This document shows, in pieces, positions 11,113 through 19,578 of a DNA stretch of 64,000 nt (position 1 is its first letter; each line of letters opens with the position of its first letter). This DNA is from Patescibacteria group bacterium (GTDB lineage Bacteria > Patescibacteriota > Minisyncoccia > Phycocordibacterales > Phycocordibacteraceae), in assembly GCA_040388985.1 (NCBI GenBank), contig JAZKAU010000002.1:311642-375641 (forward strand), in the 5' to 3' direction. The notes below the pieces were generated by a model. It saw only the letters and a list, made by a program, of their open reading frames with translations. It was not told the DNA's origin and searched no databases. A program made the position numbers and the translations under genes.

Positions 11113-11723
11113 ATGAGGGAAAGATAATCGCAATAACCGGAGGTCCGCGCAGCGGCAAGAGCACGCTCGTGAAGCTCCTGTCACAGCGGCTTGGCGCAAC
11201 GCCCTTTCTCGAAGGAGAGGAGAAGGATTTTCCCACGAGAATCATCGACGACATCGCGCAGGGAGATAATCAGCTCGAACTTGTGCTGTATTTCAGGAAC
11301 CTGCTCATCAAGCAGTATGCCGAGGCTCTCAGGATAAAGCAGGAAGGAAAGATAGCTGTCCTTGATTGTTTCTGGCTCACGAATCAGGTGTATATCGACG
11401 CCTGGGTGCCGGATGAGTTTCAAAGGAGTCTTCTGACGGAGCTTACTAATCTAGATATGCAGACATATCCGTGGCCGGACGCCGTCCTGGTACTCACTCA
11501 GTCAGACGAGGGTATCAGAGAATTCATACAGCTTGGCGGAAGGGAATTCGAGAATAATGCTGAATACTTCGAGCGGCAGCTAGCTATCCATAGGCAGCAT
11601 GATCGTTTCTTCAAGGAGATGGAACAGCGACATCCCAACGTCGTCTTCTTTGACCGTACAGGACTCGACTTCATGGGAAAAGAAGAAGACCTTGAACGAG
11701 TTCTGAGAATCTTGCCTCTCTAA
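11109..11723 (+). CDS. deoxynucleoside kinase family protein (dNK/dAK-dGK-like)
   Basis: IAITGGPRSGKST P-loop, LEGEE, LGGREFENN (RGREFE-like LID) architecture matching dNK family; ATGA overlap with upstream gene. Confidence 0.6.
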   Translation: MNEGKIIAITGGPRSGKSTLVKLLSQRLGATPFLEGEEKDFPTRIIDDIAQGDNQLELVLYFRNLLIKQYAEALRIKQEGKIAVLDCFWLTNQVYIDAWVPDEFQRSLLTELTNLDMQTYPWPDAVLVLTQSDEGIREFIQLGGREFENNAEYFERQLAIHRQHDRFFKEMEQRHPNVVFFDRTGLDFMGKEEDLERVLRILPL

Positions 11724-11822
11724 AGATTCGTATCACCACCTTTAGCACTGCCAGTATTTATAAAGTCAGACGGACCTTCATTCTCCATCGTTATCAACAC
11801 GAACGTATGAGAATACGGAACG

Positions 11823-12506
11823 GTGCCGTATGATTTGCGTATGGCTTTAGACCTCTCCGCTATCCGGACCTTCCTGCGCATAAACGGCATCACGGATACG
11901 AGCTCGGAAAGGGAGGTCCGGGACATGCTCCTGAAAGCGCATTACTCGGAGGCGGAGATTAGCGCGTATTTGTCTTCGCAGAATGCTGTACGCCCTGCTC
12001 CCGTTTCTGCCGTCGCTCCGGCAGAAACGTATGTGGCGCCCGCACCCGCTCCCGTAGTAAATCGTAGTCCCGTTGATATACCATCCCCTATCGTACGCAG
12101 CACTATGACTGCACCTCCAGCTCCGGCCGCGAGTGTAGATGTACGTAAGGGCAGATTCCAGGGAAGAGTGAACAGGAAGAATTATTTGTTCGGGAGTCTT
12201 GTCTTGCTGCTGACCTCTAGTTTGATGCTGCTATTTCCTCGACTGTTTGCGCACAATATCTATGTGGTATTTTTCGTTACCATCGTGCTAGTCGGCATAG
12301 TGGTCATCTTAGGGATATCACTCACCGTACGTCGCCTTCACGACATCGGCCATTCGTGGCTCCTGCTCCTCCTGAATCTCATCCCGTACGTGAATATCGG
12401 ACTCTTCATCTATCTCCTGGTGCGCAAAGGGTCTATAGGACCCAACGCGTATGGAGACCTCGTATCTCCCCAGCCATTCTGGAAGACCTTCTTCGCAGTT
12501 GCGTAG
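11823..12506 (+). CDS. DUF805-family membrane protein with Pro/Ala-rich N-terminal region
   Basis: RLHDIGHSWLLLLLNLIPYVNIGLFIYLLV resembles DUF805/YhaH motif; TM helices. Confidence 0.55.
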   Translation: MPYDLRMALDLSAIRTFLRINGITDTSSEREVRDMLLKAHYSEAEISAYLSSQNAVRPAPVSAVAPAETYVAPAPAPVVNRSPVDIPSPIVRSTMTAPPAPAASVDVRKGRFQGRVNRKNYLFGSLVLLLTSSLMLLFPRLFAHNIYVVFFVTIVLVGIVVILGISLTVRRLHDIGHSWLLLLLNLIPYVNIGLFIYLLVRKGSIGPNAYGDLVSPQPFWKTFFAVA

Positions 12507-12509
12507 CGT

Positions 12510-12776
12510 ATGACGGAAGAACAGCTCACTTCTCCTCTCATTGCGGCAGCGTTCCTGACATTATTCGCGACATTCTTCCTGGCATCCGTAGTAGGAATGG
12601 AACCGATACGCGCAGGCAGTAATCTCTACATGACGATTGTCATTCCGATCACTCTATTCATATCAGCATTCTACTTCGCGTATACGCTGTACACGAAAGG
12701 ACATAGGGTATACATGGCAGGAGCACTCATCATATCTCTGTTGCTCGGCGGCTTCTTCCTGTACTCGTATTTCTAA
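12510..12776 (+). CDS. small hypothetical membrane protein (3 TM)
   Basis: hydrophobic 88-aa ORF directly after DUF805 gene. Confidence 0.4.
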   Translation: MTEEQLTSPLIAAAFLTLFATFFLASVVGMEPIRAGSNLYMTIVIPITLFISAFYFAYTLYTKGHRVYMAGALIISLLLGGFFLYSYF

Positions 12777-12937
12777 AGATTCTTAGCCTGGGTGACGTAT
12801 GACTATCGTCAGCGAAGTCGGTGTAGACCTTAAAGAACGTCTGCGGACAAAGGGCTACTACGGTTAGTAAGAATTGATTTCTACACGGATGAGCATATAG
12901 TCAACATGGATGTGGCCACTAGAGAAAGGAGGCGACC

Positions 12938-13621
12938 ATGTACATCCCCATCAGCCTCCTCAGGAGGCACGTTCGAGAGAGCAATCTCATCGAGAATATC
13001 CGTTATCGTTCCGGCGTCCGGTTGGTCGCAAGCCATCTGAACGCTGCTGTACAGGTCGTGCGACGCACCGCTCGCGGTGAGCTTCTGGATCCTTTGCACA
13101 TCCATTCGCTGCTGTGCCGCGGCACCAGCATGGAAGGTTTCGGCGGAAAGAAACGTACCTGTAATGTATGCGTTGGCAAGTACGATATGCCGAGGTGGAG
13201 GGAAGTCACGCGACTTCTTAACTTGTGGCGCGGTACCGTCCAGTATTACGACAAGCGTATGAAGGATGCCCCGAAAAAGGAACGGGAACGTATTGCTCGA
13301 ATCCTCCACGAACTATTCCTCTGCGTACATCCGTTCGAAGACGGGAACGGTAGGACCTCACGACTCATTCTGAATATGCTGCGGCTTCGCTGGGGACTTG
13401 AGTGGCTGGTCGTTGAGAATCGCCGGAAAGGATTCTATTACCGGCAGATACGGCATACGCAGGACACGATCTTCAGGCCGTGCTACCCGAATGTCTTCCC
13501 GGAAGATGAGCGGCGGCGCTTGCGACGCCGTCTCGAAGCGGAACGAGCCTGGATAGACGCTTACGAGGATTTGCCGACCGGTAGGGTCTCGATGCGAAAT
13601 TCGATCCGCCCTCGTCGGTAA
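12938..13621 (+). CDS. Fic/Doc family protein (class II, intramolecular inhibitory helix)
   Basis: Fic motif HPFEDGNGRTSR; N-terminal SNLIEN matching [ST]xxxE[GN] inhibitory motif. Confidence 0.8.
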   Translation: MYIPISLLRRHVRESNLIENIRYRSGVRLVASHLNAAVQVVRRTARGELLDPLHIHSLLCRGTSMEGFGGKKRTCNVCVGKYDMPRWREVTRLLNLWRGTVQYYDKRMKDAPKKERERIARILHELFLCVHPFEDGNGRTSRLILNMLRLRWGLEWLVVENRRKGFYYRQIRHTQDTIFRPCYPNVFPEDERRRLRRRLEAERAWIDAYEDLPTGRVSMRNSIRPRR

Positions 13622-13728
13622 GGGCGCAATGACGTGAATCAGACCCGTGCTCGAACACAGGCACACCGGCCACTCCCCACAGGGTGGCCGGTTCACGTAT
13701 CTCTTGGTAGGTGTGCTAGCATTTCGAC

Positions 13729-15003
13729 ATGATCCATCGCCGGAGGTTCGGAGCGCACCATAAGAAACCGAGTGCTGCAGGAACGCATTCCTCTATATAT
13801 CTTGTGTGCGCGATGATGCTCTTCTGGACGCTTTCGGAAGGGATGGTGTCTTTCATTGTGCCGCTCAAGATACAGAATGCCGGCTTCACCGATACGATGC
13901 TCGGCGTCATCATCGGCACATCCTCTATCGCGGGCGCGCTATTCGATCTCGTCGCGTGCCGCCTCTTCAGGAATATCTTCTACAAGCGCATATTCGGGTT
14001 CATGTTCATCCTGTGCCTATCATTCCCACTTATCTTGATGCATGCAGGAACGCTTCTTGCCTTCGTCATAGGAATGGGCGTATGGGGGGTCTACTACGAT
14101 CTGCGTAATATCGGGAACTTCGACTACATCGCTCGCACCACGGTGCGAAGTGACAGCACGCGTGCCTTCGGCCTCATCCAGGTATTCCAGTCAGTGGGCT
14201 GGATACTCGGACCGATCATCGTCGGCTTTCTTGCAGGAGAGGCGGTGGGTTGGAAGCCGTTCGCGGCGATCTATGTATTTCTGGGCCTCGCCTTCTCCTT
14301 CTTTATTGCTCTCTGCGTCGCGGCAGGGAATAAGCGGGCGCTCGAGAATAGTCATAAGGAAAAGGAGTGCCGGCGCGGAACTTGGTCGGAGGCCAGGATG
14401 CTCGGGTCCGTCGGACGCGTCCTGTTCCCGACGCTGCTCGCCGTATTCTTCATCAACTTCGTCGACTCATTCTTCTGGAGTATCGGCCCTTTGTTCGCCG
14501 AAGCGCTTAAGCTCGGCTTCCTCGCGGGACTTCTCATGACCGCATGGTCCTTGCCGTCGATGCTGCTCGGCTGGCACGCGGGAAGGATCGCTGCCAGGTA
14601 CTCGAAGGAGCGCACGGCTTACGGCGCGCAATTCGCGAGCGCGCTCTGCCTCATACCTATCTTCTTTGTGTCCTCAGGAGTGGCTGTTGTCGCCATGGTC
14701 TTCGTCGCAGCTTCCTTCGCAGCCATCGCCATCCCTGCCTTCCAGAGCATGTTCACGGACTATATAGAGGTTCGTGGCGACCTGGAGAAAGAGATAGAAA
14801 GCCTCGAGGATCTCTACACGAATCTCGGCTACGTATTCGGACCTATCCTCGCAGGTTTCTCCTCTGATCTTCTGGGCTTCAATACGACGTTCGGCATTCT
14901 CGGCGCGGTAGTCGCGCTCATCGGATTCGCGCTCATCATCGTCGACCGCAGAGACACGGTGCCCTTCGTGCAGAAGGCCCCGCCCCTCATCTGCGATATC
15001 TAA
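13729..15003 (+). CDS. MFS transporter
   Basis: 12 predicted TM helices, MFS-like loop motifs (GALFDLVACRLFRN); exact start uncertain. Confidence 0.7.
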   Translation: MIHRRRFGAHHKKPSAAGTHSSIYLVCAMMLFWTLSEGMVSFIVPLKIQNAGFTDTMLGVIIGTSSIAGALFDLVACRLFRNIFYKRIFGFMFILCLSFPLILMHAGTLLAFVIGMGVWGVYYDLRNIGNFDYIARTTVRSDSTRAFGLIQVFQSVGWILGPIIVGFLAGEAVGWKPFAAIYVFLGLAFSFFIALCVAAGNKRALENSHKEKECRRGTWSEARMLGSVGRVLFPTLLAVFFINFVDSFFWSIGPLFAEALKLGFLAGLLMTAWSLPSMLLGWHAGRIAARYSKERTAYGAQFASALCLIPIFFVSSGVAVVAMVFVAASFAAIAIPAFQSMFTDYIEVRGDLEKEIESLEDLYTNLGYVFGPILAGFSSDLLGFNTTFGILGAVVALIGFALIIVDRRDTVPFVQKAPPLICDI

Positions 15004-15059
15004 GTAGCTGTTTTTGAGCTTGCGTTCCTGGGATAAGAAATCGGGTATACTGTCCGCAT

Positions 15060-15536
15060 ATGCAGAATGACTTCCGGCTCATCAACTCCTTCATCTTCTA
15101 CGTTGCTGTCCTTTTCTTCCTAGGAATCGGTGCAGCCACCCTTCCGCAGCTTCCTTGGTACTACGCGCTTACTCGGCCGGTCTGGACGCCTTCGCATGTA
15201 GTCGTCTCGACCATCTGGCTTCTCATCTTCCTTTCGACCGCAGCTTCGCTGTCAAAATATTGGGACACGGTGACGCATGACCGAACCTTCAGGTGGACCG
15301 TCCGGATGTATGCAGGCATGGCGCTCCTGGTCCTGCTCTGGAATTATCTCTTCTTCGGCGCGCATATGGTCGCGCTTTCCGTCTGGGCCGCAGCCCTCGT
15401 TACTCTCGCTATACTCGCTATCCTTCTGCGGGTACGAACGGCATCAGCCAAGGCTGCACTATACATGGTCCCGTTCCTGGTCTGGGGAATCTTTGCGACC
15501 TATATCGTCCACGTCATCGCTCTCTTGAACCCCTAA
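15060..15536 (+). CDS. TspO/MBR (tryptophan-rich sensory protein) family membrane protein
   Basis: LPWYYALTRPVWTP, LWNYLFFG, VPFLVWGIFAT motifs and 158-aa size match TspO; GGGTATACT box 8 nt upstream. Confidence 0.65.
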   Translation: MQNDFRLINSFIFYVAVLFFLGIGAATLPQLPWYYALTRPVWTPSHVVVSTIWLLIFLSTAASLSKYWDTVTHDRTFRWTVRMYAGMALLVLLWNYLFFGAHMVALSVWAAALVTLAILAILLRVRTASAKAALYMVPFLVWGIFATYIVHVIALLNP

Positions 15537-15585
15537 GTGCCTTTGTTCGCCTTTACATGCGTCGAATACCTTATAGGGTAGGGAC

Positions 15586-16317
15586 ATGACTCCCGAGAAC
15601 CGGAACAGCAATCAAGAGCAGTGGGACGCGGAATATCGCGCTTCGCAGATGCTCTCGCCATCGAATATTCCCCAGGCGGATGTCGTACGCTTTACGCGCT
15701 GGCTCAAGAAGGAGGGCAAGCGCGCGGGACGTCCGCTCGAGATCGACGAGATGACCGTACTTGATCTTGGAAGCGGTACGGGGCGCAACAGCTTCTACTA
15801 TGCCCAGCAAGGAGCAACTGCCATAGGCTACGAGCTTTCCGAGACGGCGCTCGCTATGGCGCAGAAGTTCGCCCGTCATGGCGAGCTCGCCATCGATTAC
15901 CGGAGACAGGATATCGGCGCGCCGTATCCGCTACCGGACGCATCCGTAGATATCGTGCTTGATATCACGTCTTCCAATTCGCTGAGCGATGCGAAGCGCG
16001 AGGTATATCTCTCGGAAATTTCCCGAGTACTTAAGCCGGGCGGTCATATGCTCGTGCGGGCGCTTGCCAAGGAGGGGGACGCCAACGCGAAGACGCTCAT
16101 CGCGCGCGCTCCTGGCGCTGATCCTGATACCTATGTGCACCCGGATCTGGGCATCATCGAGAAAGTCTTCTCTCGCAAGTCCTTCAGGGAGACTTATGGC
16201 AGGTTCGAGATCCTCGAACTCGAACGAGTGAGCCATTACAACGCCGTTGCGGGCCGGAAGTATAAGAGAAACTACTGGATCGCGTATATGCGCAAGCCTA
16301 GTAAGCCGGTGGATTGA
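15586..16317 (+). CDS. class I SAM-dependent methyltransferase
   Basis: motif I VLDLGSGTGRNS, motif post-I/II (YELSETAL, VDIVLD), LKPGG motif. Confidence 0.8.
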   Translation: MTPENRNSNQEQWDAEYRASQMLSPSNIPQADVVRFTRWLKKEGKRAGRPLEIDEMTVLDLGSGTGRNSFYYAQQGATAIGYELSETALAMAQKFARHGELAIDYRRQDIGAPYPLPDASVDIVLDITSSNSLSDAKREVYLSEISRVLKPGGHMLVRALAKEGDANAKTLIARAPGADPDTYVHPDLGIIEKVFSRKSFRETYGRFEILELERVSHYNAVAGRKYKRNYWIAYMRKPSKPVD

Positions 16318-16494
16318 GATTTGTAAGGAAATCAGATAGGATAGCGGGGTGCGATGTAGAGAGGGTTAGTCGATAGAAGATGGCCTCGCCGATGGAAGAA
16401 CACAATCTCGAAGACTCGAAAGGTTTTTCCATCACGGCTCTCTCGGGCGAAAAGAAATATGCATAAGAATGCAGATTTCTTTTACCCTCGTTCG

Positions 16495-16566
16495 CCGATG
16501 TAGCTCAGGGGTAGAGCAACTCCATGGTAAGGAGTAGGTCGGCAGTTCAATTCTGCCCATCGGCTC
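16495..16566 (+). tRNA. tRNA-Thr (GGT), CCA not encoded
   Basis: acceptor GCCGATG/CATCGGC, anticodon stem ACTCC/GGAGT, loop ATGGTAA, T-arm GGCAGTTCAATTCTGCC. Confidence 0.8.
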
Positions 16567-16667
16567 AAGCATCGATTCCGATGCGGTCGGGCTTCAAGTG
16601 ATCCCATCGGTTCCAGGTTTGTGTTCACAAGCCAGAGCGTTAGTTGGGCGCCGCTAGGCGCCCAGAA

Positions 16668-16740
16668 GCCGAAGTAGCTCAGTTGGTAGAGCATTTCACT
16701 CGTAACGAAAAGGTCGCCGGTTCAATCCCGGCCTTCGGCT
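16668..16740 (+). tRNA. tRNA-Thr (CGT), CCA not encoded
   Basis: acceptor GCCGAAG/CTTCGGC, anticodon loop CTCGTAA, T-arm GCCGGTTCAATCCCGGC. Confidence 0.75.
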
Positions 16741-16875
16741 CAAAGAGTTTGTGCGACATTATTATTCTTGATACATTAGCCTTCTGGCCCGATACGATTT
16801 CACCTCTCGGGCCAGGGACGCTCGGCGTGTTAATCCTGAGCCAAGGCCGTGCTCCGCACGCCGAGCGTCCGCTCT

Positions 16876-16905
16876 CTTGCGCCCACCGAGCATCGGTGGG
16901 TTTTT
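16876..16905 (+). terminator. Rho-independent terminator (CCCACCGAGCATCGGTGGGTTTTT) ending tRNA operon, immediately before prfB promoter
   Basis: 7-bp GC stem + T5; followed by TATACT box and prfB ATG. Confidence 0.6.
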
Positions 16906-16921
16906 GCTATACTCAACCCTA

Positions 16922-17815
16922 ATGAACGATGAGACGCAGAAACGGCTCGAAGAAATCGAAGCGCTGATGGCTTCGCCGTCTTTCTGGGCCGATAAGGACG
17001 AAGCGCAGCGTATCGTACGTGAGTATCAGAGTCTCAAAGACGGCGAAGGCGATCAGGGAGCCGACCCGCAAGATGCAGGACCTGCGACGCTCGCCATCCT
17101 CGCTGGCGCCGGAGGCGACGACGCGGAGGATTTCGCCGGCATGCTGCGACGCATGTACGAAGGATATGCAGATAAGAAGGGTTGGCGCGTGCGCGAACTC
17201 GATGCCAACGAGAACAATCACGGCGGATATCGCAGTCTTCTGCTTGAGATAGAAGGGAAGAGCGCGTACGGCAGGCTCAAATACGAAGCGGGCGTGCATC
17301 GCCTCGTGCGCATCTCGCCGTTCAACTCCAATAACAAACGGCAGACGTCATTCGCGCTCGTGGAAGTGCTTCCGAAAGTCGGCGCTGCCGACGCCATCGA
17401 TCTGCGGCCGGACGATCTCGATATCCAATTCGCCCGCTCCGGAGGAGCGGGCGGCCAGAACGTGAATAAGCGCGAGACTGCGGTGCGTATCACGCACACG
17501 CCGTCCGGGATCTCCGTCCACGTATCGAGCGAACGCAGCCAGCAGGCTAACCGTGAGAAGGCCATGGATCTCATCCGTGCGAAGCTCCTGGTCCGGCAGA
17601 CACTCGAGCGAGACGCGGAATCTAAAGGCCGCTCTATAGCGCCCACGACCGCCAACGAATGGGGCAGCCAGATGCGCTCATATGTCCTGCATCCCTATAA
17701 GATGGTCAAAGACCATGAGACCGGTCACGAGTCTCATAATCCCGACGCCGTGCTGGACGGCGACCTCGATGCTTTCATCGATGCGCACGCGTCTGTGGAT
17801 AACGAAGCCAAATGA
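16922..17815 (+). CDS. prfB: peptide chain release factor 2, N-terminally shortened, no programmed frameshift
   Basis: SPF tripeptide (RISPFNS), GGQ motif ([12 protein letters not shown]), RF2-like C-terminus; start taken at [13 protein letters not shown]; no in-frame CTTTGAC shift site. Confidence 0.85.
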   Translation: MNDETQKRLEEIEALMASPSFWADKDEAQRIVREYQSLKDGEGDQGADPQDAGPATLAILAGAGGDDAEDFAGMLRRMYEGYADKKGWRVRELDANENNHGGYRSLLLEIEGKSAYGRLKYEAGVHRLVRISPFNSNNKRQTSFALVEVLPKVGAADAIDLRPDDLDIQFARSGGAGGQNVNKRETAVRITHTPSGISVHVSSERSQQANREKAMDLIRAKLLVRQTLERDAESKGRSIAPTTANEWGSQMRSYVLHPYKMVKDHETGHESHNPDAVLDGDLDAFIDAHASVDNEAK

Positions 17816-17878
17816 GCGGTCCGTTGCGCGCTTCATGAATAGACGTGCCTTGCGACCGTGGGGTATACTACGTCGGTC

Positions 17879-18559
17879 ATGATCTATTTCGACAAGGTGA
17901 CGAAGATGTACCGCGACGGCAGTCCCGGACTCGAGGACGTAACCCTCTCCATCAGTCCCAAGGAATTCGTCTCCATCGTCGGCCACTCAGGCGCGGGCAA
18001 GACCACGCTCCTTAAGATGCTCCTTGCCGAAGATACGCCCACCGAAGGCAACGTCTATTTCGAAGAGACCGACGTGCATTCGCTTCCGAAGCACGCGCTT
18101 CATCATTACCGCCGCAAGATAGGTATGGTCTTCCAGGATTTCCGTCTCATTCCGAATAAGACTGCCTATGAGAACATCGCCTTCGCCATGGAAGCCGCAG
18201 GCCGTCCTGACGACGAGATAGCGTCCGACGTGCCGTACATCCTCGACCTGGTCGATCTGGGCAGCAAGGGCGGACATTTCCCGCACCAGCTCTCAGGCGG
18301 CGAGCAGCAGCGCGTCGCTATCGGTCGTGCAATCGTGAACCAGCCGGACGTTATTGTCGCTGACGAGCCTACGGGAAATCTGGATCCGGTGAACACGTAC
18401 GAGATCGTCGAGATCTTGAAGAAGATAAACGAGCTCGGCACGACGGTTCTCATTACCACGCATAACAAGGGTGTCGTCGACGCCATGGGCAAGCGCGTCA
18501 TCACGATGGAGCGCGGGCGCATCACCCGTGACGACGCGCACGGGCAGTATATCTTATGA
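17879..18559 (+). CDS. ftsE: cell division ATP-binding protein FtsE
   Basis: Walker [24 protein letters not shown], Walker [13 protein letters not shown]; immediately upstream of ftsX; start trimmed to MIYFDKV after TATACT box. Confidence 0.85.
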   Translation: MIYFDKVTKMYRDGSPGLEDVTLSISPKEFVSIVGHSGAGKTTLLKMLLAEDTPTEGNVYFEETDVHSLPKHALHHYRRKIGMVFQDFRLIPNKTAYENIAFAMEAAGRPDDEIASDVPYILDLVDLGSKGGHFPHQLSGGEQQRVAIGRAIVNQPDVIVADEPTGNLDPVNTYEIVEILKKINELGTTVLITTHNKGVVDAMGKRVITMERGRITRDDAHGQYIL

Positions 18560-18656
18560 ACACAACGAGCGTAGCGACTATGTGTTCGTTAGATGTCGGG
18601 AATTCTCTGCAGTCTTCCCGGCAGAGAATTCCCGACGCCTATAATTCCTTATAATC

Positions 18657-19577
18657 ATGTTTACTACTTTCAGACGCATCTTCTCCGCAGGCAGCCAGAG
18701 TTTCGCACGCAGCGGCCTCGTATCATTCGCGACCGTGCTCATCATGACGGCGACGCTCATCATCATCGGGACCCTCATCCTCCTCTCTGCCGTACTTTCC
18801 AATACGCTTGCTGCCATCGAGAACAAGGTCGACATCAACGTCTACTTCACGACCGACGCAGGCGAAAGCGACATCATGTCGGTCAAGTCGAGCCTGGAGA
18901 AGCTTCCTGCGGTAGCGCAGGTGACCTATACCTCGCGCGAAGACGCGCTCGCGCAGTTCCGCGCTCGCCATTCCGATGATCAGCTAACCCTCGCCGCTCT
19001 CGATCAACTCGGCGAGAATCCGCTCGGAGCCTCGCTTGCCGTGAAGGCCACCGATCCGAGCAAGTACGCGAGCATCGTGAACTTCCTTTCTGACGGCTCG
19101 AATATATCAGGCGGCTCCTCGATTATCGAGCGCGTGAACTACTATCAGAACAAGACCGTGATCGACCGTCTTACCGCCGCCATCAGTGCCACCCAGAAGG
19201 CTGGCCTCGCCATCGTGCTTCTATTTGCCATCGCAAGCATCATCATCGCCTTCGCGACCGTCAGGCTCGCCATCTACAGCGCGCGCGACGAGATAGCCGT
19301 TATGCGTCTGGTTGGAGCCTCCAATGCCTTCATTCGCGGACCGTTCATCGTGGCGGGCATCATAGGCGGCGTCATATCCGCCGTCATAACACTCCTGCTG
19401 TTCTATCCGGCCACCTGGTATGCAGGCCGCTCGCTTTCCGATTGGCTCGGCGGATTCAACCTCTTCACCTACTACACGGGCCATTTCGCCTTCATATTCT
19501 TCGTGCTAGTAGGTTCAGGCGTATTGCTCGGCGGTATCGCCTCATTCGTAGCCGTGCGCAGGTATCTCCGCATCTAG
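18657..19577 (+). CDS. ftsX: cell division permease FtsX
   Basis: 4-TM topology with large periplasmic loop, FtsX-like C-terminal TM bundle; follows ftsE. Confidence 0.8.
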   Translation: MFTTFRRIFSAGSQSFARSGLVSFATVLIMTATLIIIGTLILLSAVLSNTLAAIENKVDINVYFTTDAGESDIMSVKSSLEKLPAVAQVTYTSREDALAQFRARHSDDQLTLAALDQLGENPLGASLAVKATDPSKYASIVNFLSDGSNISGGSSIIERVNYYQNKTVIDRLTAAISATQKAGLAIVLLFAIASIIIAFATVRLAIYSARDEIAVMRLVGASNAFIRGPFIVAGIIGGVISAVITLLLFYPATWYAGRSLSDWLGGFNLFTYYTGHFAFIFFVLVGSGVLLGGIASFVAVRRYLRI

Positions 19578-19578
19578 T

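Noticed and set aside
12881-13309. 142-aa minus-strand ORF overlapping the Fic gene
   Set aside because: The Fic motif on the plus strand is definitive, and the antisense frame has no features.
16482-16922. ORFs 16482-16694 (-) and 16644-16922 (+) across the tRNA-Thr pair and prfB leader
   Set aside because: They overlap the tRNA genes and the terminator/leader hairpins, and no coding signal is evident.
16922-17000. Search for the RF2 +1 frameshift site (CUU UGA C) near the prfB 5' end
   Set aside because: There is no in-frame UGA or shift motif. A single continuous ORF encodes SPF and GGQ, so no frameshift is annotated.
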